DNA of 24,000 nt. Source: Clostridiales bacterium (GTDB taxonomy: Bacteria > Bacillota > Sulfobacillia > CADDZV01). The translations under genes and the position numbers were made by a program. Of this stretch, positions 1 to 6,654 are shown piece after piece. The stretch is taken from assembly GCA_902812875.1 (NCBI GenBank), contig CADDZV010000002.1:19318-43317 (forward strand). The letters run 5' to 3'. How positions within the stretch are numbered: position 1 is the first letter of the stretch; each line of letters opens with the position of its first letter. A model generated the notes under the pieces. That model ran no database searches and was not told the DNA's origin. It was given only the letters and a program-made list of their open reading frames with translations.

Positions 1-778
1 CCACCGTAAGCATGATCTCCTCGCGTCTGCCATGCTCCTTTGCCCGCACGGTGATGACCGAGTTTGCGTCCACTACAAACGTTCGTATGGATATGAGTGA
101 ATATGGACAGATAGGGCTTACCAGCAACACATCGGCGGCGGGATCAACCACCGGCCCCCCGGCAGCAAAATTGTAAGCGGTCGACCCGGTAGGAGTCGAC
201 ACGATCACGCCGTCAGCCGGGTACTCGGCCGCCTGGCGGCCGTCCACCTGGACTTCCAAATGAATCAGGCGGGCCAGCGGGCCCTTGGTAAGGGTGACGT
301 CGTTGAGGGCAAAAAACCCCGGCCCGGGTCCTTGCGGACGCATGACGGTTGCTTCCAGCATCACGCGGTTGTCCAAGAGGCACCGGCCGGCAATATAGTC
401 CGGCAAGGCCGACCAGAGGTTTTTGAGCTCCACTTCCGTCAGAAATCCGATATGGCCGAGATTGACACCGAGAATCGGGACGTCCACCGCCGCCGCCAGC
501 CGTGCCGCAGCCAAAAGGGTCCCATCGCCGCCCATTACGATCAGGAAATCGCTTCCAATGAGGAAGTCCGCCTCTGAGCGGGCGAGGTCCGGCCTGCCGA
601 TCGCTTCCGCGTCCGCCGGCCGCAGCCTGACCTGGACGCCAGCCGACTCGAGCCACCTGGCCAGATCCGCTCCCACGGCCCGCGCCACCGGTTTTTCGGT
701 GTTGAGAAATATGCCTACGCGGCGTGCCCCGCCAGCGGCGGCCCAACCCGGTGAATCTTGCCAAGACCCCACCTTCAT
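1..778 (-). CDS. nadK: NAD(+) kinase (NadK/PpnK); C-terminal end runs off the left edge of the window
   Basis: Hand translation of the minus strand from ATG 778..776 gives MKVGSWQDSPGWAAAGGARRVGIFLNTEKPVARAVGADLARWLESAGVQVRLRPADAEAIGRPDLARSEADFLIGSDFLIVMGGDGTLLAAARL... This contains the GGDGT NAD-kinase signature (around 515-530). The frame stays open to position 1 (...VITVRAKEHGRREEIMLTV). It is absent from the ORF track because it has no in-window stop. Its ATG overlaps the dxs stop as ATGA (775..778). Confidence 0.9.
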   Translation of the reverse strand, partial: MKVGSWQDSPGWAAAGGARRVGIFLNTEKPVARAVGADLARWLESAGVQVRLRPADAEAIGRPDLARSEADFLIGSDFLIVMGGDGTLLAAARLAAAVDVPILGVNLGHIGFLTEVELKNLWSALPDYIAGRCLLDNRVMLEATVMRPQGPGPGFFALNDVTLTKGPLARLIHLEVQVDGRQAAEYPADGVIVSTPTGSTAYNFAAGGPVVDPAADVLLVSPICPYSLISIRTFVVDANSVITVRAKEHGRREEIMLTV

Positions 779-2694
779 ACCGTCCTCCTCTCGGCAGCAC
801 CCACCGGTACGGATGCCTTTTGTCCCAAAAGCTCCCGCGCCGCCTGGGCGATCCCCGCGGGGTCCAAACCATATTGCCGCAGATAGATCGCCCGGTCGCC
901 GTGTGGAACGATTCCGTCCGGCACGGCCAGTAGCCGTACCGGTGCTGCGACCCCCACGCGAGCCATCAACTCCAGCACAGCACTGCCGAAACCGCCGAGT
1001 GCCGTGTGTTCCTCGACGCAGAGCATGGCCCCGGTACGGCTCAGTTCCTGCACCAAGGTTTGTTCATCGAGTGGCTTGACAAACCGGGCATTGATGACGG
1101 AGGCATCAATGCCCTCGGACGCCAGCTGGGCGGCAGCTTCCATCGCCGGGTAGACCATGGCACCAATCGCGGCGATGCTTAGGTCGGTGCCCTGACGTAG
1201 TACTTCGGCACGGCCCACCGCGATGTGTTCTGGCCGGCGTCCCTGCAGGCCCACGGGCACGGTCCCCCGGGGGTACCGGATGGCCACCGGACCGGATAGC
1301 ATGAGCGCCGTTTTCAGCATGTCCCGCAACTCGTCTCCGTCCTTGGGAGCCATCACGGTCATGTTCGGAAGAACGCGCAGGTAAGCCAGATCGTAAAGGC
1401 CCTGGTGGGTCTCCCCGTCGTCCCCTACGATGCCGGCCCGGTCAAGGCTGAAAACGACATGGAGATTCTGCAGGCAGACGTCGTGTTCGATCTGGTCAAA
1501 AGCCCGTTGCAAGAAAGTCGAGTATATCGCCACGACCGGTACCCGGCCTGCCGCCGCCAGCCCGGCCGCGAAGGTGACCGCATGCTGCTCGGCGATTCCG
1601 ACGTCGAAAAACCGGTCGGGAAAAACCTCGGCGAAGTACTTCAACCCGGTACCCGTGGGCATTGCCGCGGTAATCGCCACTATGCGGTCATCTTCCCGTG
1701 CCAGTTCCGTCACCGTACGCCCGAATACCTGGGAGTAACTCGGCCGGCCGGAACCGTTGGTGATGGGGGTACCGGTGTCCGGATCGAACGGGCCGGAAGC
1801 ACCGTGCAGCCGCTCCGGATCGTTGATGGCCGGTTCATAGCCGTGGCCTTTTTCGGTCACCACATGTACGAGCACCGGGCCGTCGGCTCCTCCGGCCTCA
1901 CGCAGGACCTCTTCCAGGGCAGGAATATCGTGCCCGGGAATGGGCCCGAGGTACTTGAACCCGAGCTGCTCGAACAGCACCCCCGGAACCAAAAGATACT
2001 TGAGGGTGTCCCGGAGCTTTTCCACGCCGTGCCATACCAGCTTGCCGAGCCACGGCATGCGTGCGGACTGTCTTTGCAGGGAACGCTTCAGCCTCAGGTA
2101 GGCAGAGTGCGTGCGGGCCCTGGCCAGGTACCTGGCCAAGGCCCCAACGTTCGGGGCGATCGACATATTGTTGTGGTTGAGCACCACGATAAGATGGGTA
2201 CCCAGCTGACCGGCGTGGTTCAACGCCTCAAACGCCATCCCGGCGGTCATCGCCCCGTCGCCGATCACCGCTACCACCTGATAGTCCTCGTGCGCCAGGT
2301 CGCGGGCTTTGGCAAAACCGAGAGCTGCCCCCACCGAAGTGCCGGCGTGTCCGGCCTCGAATATGTCGTGCGGGCTTTCGCTGCGCTTGAGGTAGCCTGA
2401 GAGGCCGCCATACTGGCGTAAGGTATGGAACCGGTCAAGCCTCCCTGTAAGCAGCTTGTGGGCGTAAGCCTGGTGGCCGACGTCCCAGATGATCTTGTCG
2501 CGTGGGCTATCAAAAACCCGGTGCAAAGCAATGGCCAGTTCGACCGCTCCCAGGCTTGGGCCCAAATGGCCAGAGCCGTTGCGGGCAACCGTGTTGATAA
2601 TCACCTGGCGGATTTCCGCTGCCAGTATGGGCAAATCTTTTTCCGGCAACCGCTTTACGTCTTGTGGGCCATGTATGGTCTCAAGAATGCTCAT
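775..2694 (-). CDS. dxs: 1-deoxy-D-xylulose-5-phosphate synthase
   Basis: 639-aa ORF with a typical DXS N-terminus (MSILETIHGPQDVKRLPEKDLPILAAEIRQ...GHLGPSLGAVELAIALHRVFDSPRDKIIWDVGHQAYAHKLLTGR). It has the thiamine-diphosphate motif region (IGDGAMTAGMAFEALNHAG) and a transketolase-like C-terminal half. A GAGGGAG RBS lies 7 nt upstream of the ATG. Confidence 0.97.
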   Translation of the reverse strand: MSILETIHGPQDVKRLPEKDLPILAAEIRQVIINTVARNGSGHLGPSLGAVELAIALHRVFDSPRDKIIWDVGHQAYAHKLLTGRLDRFHTLRQYGGLSGYLKRSESPHDIFEAGHAGTSVGAALGFAKARDLAHEDYQVVAVIGDGAMTAGMAFEALNHAGQLGTHLIVVLNHNNMSIAPNVGALARYLARARTHSAYLRLKRSLQRQSARMPWLGKLVWHGVEKLRDTLKYLLVPGVLFEQLGFKYLGPIPGHDIPALEEVLREAGGADGPVLVHVVTEKGHGYEPAINDPERLHGASGPFDPDTGTPITNGSGRPSYSQVFGRTVTELAREDDRIVAITAAMPTGTGLKYFAEVFPDRFFDVGIAEQHAVTFAAGLAAAGRVPVVAIYSTFLQRAFDQIEHDVCLQNLHVVFSLDRAGIVGDDGETHQGLYDLAYLRVLPNMTVMAPKDGDELRDMLKTALMLSGPVAIRYPRGTVPVGLQGRRPEHIAVGRAEVLRQGTDLSIAAIGAMVYPAMEAAAQLASEGIDASVINARFVKPLDEQTLVQELSRTGAMLCVEEHTALGGFGSAVLELMARVGVAAPVRLLAVPDGIVPHGDRAIYLRQYGLDPAGIAQAARELLGQKASVPVGAAERRTV

Positions 2695-2706
2695 TACGCC
2701 ACTCCC

Positions 2707-3327
2707 TCAACGCTGGCGGGGCTTCGGCTTGGCACCCTTGTGGTTAGACGGTTCCTGAGCCCAAAAGTGTACACCAAAATGGGCTTCTAAAAATGAGAGC
2801 AGTCGTCCCACCACGAGCACTATATCATTGGCACGGTTGATTGCTAATCCCTTGGCCACGGCCTTGCCTCCGACCGTGAGGGCAGCAACCAATGAAACCA
2901 TAAGAGCACTGGCGAGAGCGTCGTTCAAGTGCGGTCGGGAAACCATGATCCGAAATACAATTGCCGCACCTGCCGAGCCTGAGATGGTCCCGGAGACGTC
3001 GCCTACGATGTCATTGCAAAAGCTCGTCACTTGGGCAGCGTGCCGCACGACCGCAATTGCCTGACGGGCCCCGTTGCGTTTTTTGGCCGCCATGGCATGA
3101 AATGGAGCTTCGTCAGCCGCCGCCGTAGCGACACCGACGATATCGAACACGATCCCTACGAAAATAATGGCGGCAAGTACCAGCCCAGCCACGACAATAC
3201 CGCTCACGCGCAAGGCCGCCTCGGACAGAGTACTGACAGCCAAGGCAGCGACGAATGTACTCGCTCCGATGGTGATGCCCCGCCGCCAGTCTTCACGCCC
3301 GAGACGGCCCTGACTCGCTGACGCCAA
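2707..3327 (-). CDS. oapA: Small integral membrane protein, candidate OLE-associated protein A (OapA)
   Basis: 206-aa ORF with about four hydrophobic segments and no enzymatic motifs. It contains a conserved-looking polar patch, FCNDIVGDVSGTISGSAG (D-x-x-x-D), inside a membrane segment. A TTG start at 3327 follows an AGGAG 9 nt upstream. It lies immediately downstream of the structured ORF-free region and immediately upstream of dxs, which is the published position of oapA in OLE loci. The name rests on synteny and size, not on an alignment I could run. Confidence 0.7.
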   Translation of the reverse strand: MASASQGRLGREDWRRGITIGASTFVAALAVSTLSEAALRVSGIVVAGLVLAAIIFVGIVFDIVGVATAAADEAPFHAMAAKKRNGARQAIAVVRHAAQVTSFCNDIVGDVSGTISGSAGAAIVFRIMVSRPHLNDALASALMVSLVAALTVGGKAVAKGLAINRANDIVLVVGRLLSFLEAHFGVHFWAQEPSNHKGAKPKPRQR

Positions 3328-3339
3328 CCACGCTCACTC

Positions 3340-3990
3340 CTGGTAGGAAATGCACGCAAAAAATATACAGTAGGTGGTAGCAGGCCGGGTAAACGTTATG
3401 GCTTGAGGTCCAGCTGGCTTTCCCAAAGCAGCTCCCAGGCGTCGCCGTCCCGGGCGGTTACCCTTTATGCCGCTTCTGCTCCGTCACCGCAAGCAGTGCT
3501 AGACGGCCACTGAGCACATACTGTAATCCCCGGCCTGCCTCTTTCGGGAAGAGCAGCCTAGGGGTTTTCCCCGCCGAATCCGATGACGGCTCCTAGCCTC
3601 TTTTGCGGCTGCGGTTTCGAACGCGTAACCGATGACGGGTAAGGCGCCATACCCGCCACCTCTGAACGTCTTCCACCGCCGCCACTCAAGGCAGGCTACG
3701 CTGCACACAGCCTGCTATAACCGCATGCAGGTTTCTCCCCGGGCCGTAGTAGCCATCATACCACCACGCACCCGGGTCTCCGCGGCAGCAGGGTCGGTCG
3801 CCTACATGCCGTTGTAGATCGCCCCGCTGCCTTAACTCCCAGCACCGGCACCCGGCTGGGCGCCGGCCGCCAGCACCAGAAGCTTCATCGATGTGCCCTT
3901 GGCGGATTTTTAGGCCCGCCCTCAGAGCCGCGGATCCGACTAGGATACTGCACCACCCACTAGAACTTTTGAATCCGCAAGGTCCTGCAA
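3340..3990 (-). ncRNA. ole: Candidate OLE (ornate, large, extremophilic) RNA, about 650 nt
   Basis: A 734-bp gap between bshA-like (stop 4062) and oapA-like (start 3327) holds only two implausible ORFs (61 and 69 aa, Arg/Cys/Gly-rich). It is dense in inverted repeats (plus-strand coordinates): 3691-3697/3709-3715 (7 bp), 3784-3793/3822-3831 (10 bp) enclosing 3802-3806/3813-3817, 3635-3641/3650-3656 (7 bp), 3847-3852/3859-3864 (6 bp), 3901-3905/3916-3920, and 3930-3935/3973-3978. Three of these stems contain a pair that is G-U in the minus-sense RNA but A-C in the plus sense, which sets the strand. The context ispA ... RNA, small membrane protein, dxs, nadK matches published OLE loci. The ends are approximate. 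Confidence 0.7.
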
Positions 3991-3993
3991 TTC

Positions 3994-4002
3994 ATTATAG
4001 CA
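3994..4002 (-). promoter_or_regulatory. Extended -10 promoter element (TGCTATAAT) upstream of the OLE candidate
   Basis: The minus strand reads TGCTATAAT (plus 3994-4002 = attatagca), a perfect TGnTATAAT. There is no recognisable -35 at 17 nt spacing (CGGGGC). It would place a start site near 3987. OLE could also be read through from bshA, since I see no terminator after 4062. Confidence 0.4.
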
Positions 4003-4061
4003 GATAGTTCTCGTACGCCCCGGCGTGCCTGGTGTTGGCTTGTCGGCTATATCCTGTACGG

Positions 4062-5204
4062 TCATCCTGGATACGAAGCCGCGGAATCTATGGCGACGTC
4101 ATCCGGTTCCACCAGGCTTTGGTACAACTCCTCGTAACGTGGTATTAGTTTGTCGGCGGTAAAATGCGCCATGACGTGGTCGCGGGCCGCCCGGCCCATC
4201 TCGTAGCGCCGCTCTGCGTCGAAAAGCAGTTTTTCGCCTGCCTCCGCCATGCCCTGTTCGTCGTCAGGATCGAAAAGAAAACCCGTTTCGCCGTCCACCA
4301 CTACCTCGGGCAAGCCGCCAACGCGGCTGGCAAGCACCGGCAGGCCGCAAGCCATGGCCTCCACGGCCGCCAAACCGAAACTTTCCTCCGCCGATGGCAA
4401 AAGGAACAAGTCCCCTGTGGCCAGGGCCGGCGCCACGTTTGGCACCTTGCCGGCAAAATGGACGTGTTCCCGGATGCCAAAACGTTCGACCAAGGCTTCG
4501 GCGGCTGCACGCTCCGGTCCGTCACCAACCAGCAGAAGTTTCGCCGGGTGACGGGAGACCATACGGGCAAAGACCCGTATCACCCTGTCGATCCGCTTGA
4601 CCGGGCGAAAATTCGACACGTGGATGACCACAGGCATCCGATCCTTTTCCTTGCGGAGACGGGGGCGAAACTGCCATACATCCACAAAATTCGGTATAAC
4701 CGTGATTGCTCTCGAGACGCCAAAAAGCTCGCGTGTGCGCCGGCGGAGATACCGCGAAACTGCCGTCACCCGGTCTACCTGCTCAAGCCCATCCCGCATT
4801 ACCGACGCCAAAGCAGCGTCGTGTCCAAGCACCGTGACATCCGTCCCGTGCAAAGTTACCACCAGGGGCACACGGTCGCGGCCCAAAAGCGTCTGGGCCA
4901 GCAAGGCCGCAGCCAAGTGGGGCACGGCGTAATGGACGTGCACCACATCAAGCTTGTGGGTGCGTACGACATCCGCGATTGATCCTGCGGCGGCCATCCC
5001 GTAAGGTTTGGACGGCAACACGGGATAGTCCGGTAGGCCGATCCTGTGCAAGTACACGCGCCCGGAAGAGTCATCCAACCGGAATGGCCGTTCCAGGCTG
5101 ATGAAATGTACTTCATGGCCGCGCGCCGCCAGGTGGCGGCCGAGCTCGGTTGCGACGACCCCGCTGCCGCCGTAGGTGGGATAGCAAACGATGCCAATGC
5201 GCAT
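4062..5204 (-). CDS. bshA: GT4-family glycosyltransferase, BshA-like (N-acetyl-alpha-D-glucosaminyl L-malate synthase, bacillithiol biosynthesis)
   Basis: [36 protein letters not shown]..., [76 protein letters not shown]. These blocks track the B. subtilis BshA (YpjH) sequence as I remember it ([76 protein letters not shown]). The start is set at ATG 5204, with AAGGAGGTG 6 nt upstream. The track's GTG at 5213 lies inside that RBS. Confidence 0.8.
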   Translation of the reverse strand: [380 protein letters not shown]

Positions 5205-5252
5205 GGAAAGCACCTCCTTGGCTCATTTGCCAGATTGCCCTGGGCAGGGGAT

Positions 5253-5311
5253 AAAAAAACCAGGAGAATTCCGCCTTGACGGCCTGAACGGTACTGGCGT
5301 ACCGCTCCCCT
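5253..5311 (-). terminator. Putative riboswitch expression platform ending in a U7 tract
   Basis: The minus strand after the aptamer reads AUAAAGGGGAGCGGUACGCCAGUACCGUUCAGGCCGUCAAGGCGGAAUUCUCCUGGUUUUUUUAU. It has a run of 7 U (plus 5253-5259) and a CGGUAC/GUACCG hairpin. UACGCC is perfectly complementary to the 3' P1 strand plus one base (GGCGUA), which allows alternative pairing. I could not draw a clean canonical terminator stem directly abutting the U tract. Confidence 0.4.
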
Positions 5312-5315
5312 TTAT

Positions 5316-5420
5316 ACGCCTACGAGGTTAGCTGACGGGCTCGGGCCAAAGGGTGGCCCTACGGTGAGATTCGCCCCAAACGACCTTTGGTTCCCCCGTT
5401 CCCGGATCGGGATTCGGCGT
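5316..5420 (-). promoter_or_regulatory. ydaO-yuaA motif riboswitch (c-di-AMP class) in the leader of the bshA-like gene
   Basis: The minus strand reads ACGCC GAAUC CCGAUCCGGG AACGGGGGAACCA AAGGUCGU UUGGGGCGAAUC UCACC GUAGGG CCACCCUUUGG CCCGAGCCCGUCAGCUAACCUCGUAGGCGU. It matches the remembered B. subtilis ydaO aptamer block by block: CGCUUAAUC, GCGGGGGACCCA, UGGGGUGAAUCC, GUAGGG, ACCCGAACCCGUCAGCUAACCUCGUAAGCG. P1 (ACGCC/GGCGU) is present. The hairpins CCCG-AUC-CGGG, CCAAA-GGUCG-UUUGG and GGCCA-CCCUU-UGGCC fall in the expected places. Confidence 0.9.
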
Positions 5421-5452
5421 TTCCCTGGGTATCGTGGCAGATATAGTGTTAT

Positions 5453-5482
5453 ATTTTCACACGAGCGGGTTTATGTTGTCAA
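5453..5482 (-). promoter_or_regulatory. Candidate sigma-A-type promoter for the riboswitch and bshA transcript
   Basis: The minus strand has TTGACA (plus 5477-5482), an 18-nt spacer, then GAAAAU preceded by TGT (plus 5453-5458). It lies 25 nt downstream of the ispA stop and about 30 nt upstream of the aptamer. Confidence 0.5.
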
Positions 5483-5506
5483 CCCGAGTCCCGGTGGCCG
5501 ATTGAA

Positions 5507-6373
5507 TCAATGGACGGGAGAGTCGAGGCGGGACCGTACCATGTCTGCCAGGACGGCCAGCGCGTCTCCCTGGGGGAAGCGAAGTGCGATGGCACTCGCC
5601 TGGTCAAAATACCGGCGGGCATTTTCCACCGCCCCGGCAACACCCGCCAGGACCGGATAAGACATGCGCCCGGCATCTTTATCCTGGTCCTCGAGATCGT
5701 CCACGATCTGGTACCCCAGCCCGAACGACCGCCCGAACTGGGCAAGAAGATCGACCGCGTCAGGGTCCGCTGCACACAGGATCGGACCAAGGCTGGCCGC
5801 GGCTTCAAAGAGGGCCGCGGTCTTCTTTCCATGGAGGTACTGCAGCTGTTCCATCGTAAAGGGAGCGTCCCCGTCGATGTCGGCCGCTTGCCCGGCGACC
5901 ATGCCTTGTGGCCCTGCCGCTCGGGACAGCACTGCCACCGCCTGCACCACCCGCTCCGGCGGCACGCCCGCCGCAGTCGCCTGTGCCAATACCTCAAACG
6001 CAAGCGTCAGTAGCCCGTCGCCCGCGAGAATGGCCATGGCTTCACCCTTTGCCCGGTGCAGGGTCGGGCGTCCCCGGCGGAAATCGTCGTTGTCCATCGC
6101 GGGCAGGTCGTCGTGGATAAGGGAGTAGGTGTGAATAAGCTCGATGGCTACGGCGCCGGGCAAAGCCGCCGCCACGCTGCCGCCGACTGCCCGGGCACCA
6201 GCCAATACCAAAAGTGGCCGTAACCTTTTCCCGCCGGAAAATGTGGCATACCGCATGGCGTCGTAAAGGCCTTCGCTGTGCGGATCAGGTGCTTGGAGCA
6301 CCGCGCGGATGCCGGTCTCGATCAAGGGTGCAACGTCCTCCAGAAATCGCTGGCCGCTTTCCGTACTAGTCAT
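5507..6373 (-). CDS. ispA: Farnesyl/geranylgeranyl diphosphate synthase (polyprenyl synthetase family)
   Basis: 288 aa. It has the first Asp-rich motif LIHDDLPAMDNDDFRRGRPT and the second Asp-rich motif GYQIVDDLED. The start ATG overlaps the xseB stop (ATGA at 6370-6373). Confidence 0.95.
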   Translation of the reverse strand: MTSTESGQRFLEDVAPLIETGIRAVLQAPDPHSEGLYDAMRYATFSGGKRLRPLLVLAGARAVGGSVAAALPGAVAIELIHTYSLIHDDLPAMDNDDFRRGRPTLHRAKGEAMAILAGDGLLTLAFEVLAQATAAGVPPERVVQAVAVLSRAAGPQGMVAGQAADIDGDAPFTMEQLQYLHGKKTAALFEAAASLGPILCAADPDAVDLLAQFGRSFGLGYQIVDDLEDQDKDAGRMSYPVLAGVAGAVENARRYFDQASAIALRFPQGDALAVLADMVRSRLDSPVH

Positions 6374-6654
6374 GATGCCTTGTCCCCACCCATGAACGGT
6401 TTCACCTCATAGGCGTTGTCGGCCGTCTTCTGGAGAAGCTCGATACGCGCCTCCGCCTCGTCCAAAATCGCGGCACACATGCGGGAAAGTCGCATTCCCT
6501 CCTCGAAAAGAGCAATCGCCCGCTCCAAAGGTATCTCCCCGTGCTCGAGCTCGTCGATCACCTGCTCGAGCCGCGCCAAGGCTTGCTCAAACGTGAGCGC
6601 CTGGTCGGATGCCGCCGGTTCGCGGCTGACAGGCTTAGCCCCTTCTTCATTCAT
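6370..6654 (-). CDS. xseB: Exodeoxyribonuclease VII small subunit
   Basis: The core LTFEQALARLEQVIDELEHGEIPLERAIALFEEGMRLSRMCAAILDEAEARIELL is typical of XseB. I prefer the start at ATG 6654, with GGAGG 9 nt upstream. ATG 6660 is an alternative. The track's start at 6690 lies inside xseA and is unlikely. Confidence 0.9.
   Translation of the reverse strand: MNEEGAKPVSREPAASDQALTFEQALARLEQVIDELEHGEIPLERAIALFEEGMRLSRMCAAILDEAEARIELLQKTADNAYEVKPFMGGDKAS

Noticed and set aside
213-1079. Track ORFs 213-872 (minus, 219 aa), 260-577 (plus), 423-1079 (plus) and 724-933 (plus)
   Set aside because: They are off-frame or antisense overlaps of nadK and the dxs 3' end. The true nadK frame (GGDGT motif) is the minus frame starting at 778, which the track omits because it has no in-window stop.
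3566-3610. Plus-strand CCCGCCGAAUCCGAUGACGGCUCCUAGCCUCUUUUGCGG, which loosely resembles the 3' half of a ydaO riboswitch
   Set aside because: Only a partial block resembles the motif. The ACGGGGGA/GGGGUGAAUC partner elements and P1 are missing. No plus-strand gene follows it. The genuine, complete ydaO motif is at 5316-5420 on the minus strand.
3499-3817. Small ORFs 3499-3708 (minus, 69 aa) and 3632-3817 (plus, 61 aa) inside the long gap
   Set aside because: Neither has an RBS. Both have Arg/Cys/Gly/Ala-rich nonsense-like sequences and overlap each other within a region better explained by RNA stems.
3330-4060. Whether the long gap could instead be RNase P RNA, tmRNA, SRP RNA, a cobalamin or TPP riboswitch, or a decayed tlyA/rrmJ gene
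   Set aside because: I found no GAGGAAAGUCC or ACAGAAnnCGGCUUA (RNase P) blocks, and no GGGG...GGUUUCGAC 5' end or tRNA-like ...UCCACCA 3' end (tmRNA). There is no B12 box and no CUGAGA/ACCUGAUCUGGAUAAUGCCAGCG-type TPP core. No frame gives any methyltransferase-like peptide. The length and context fit OLE much better.
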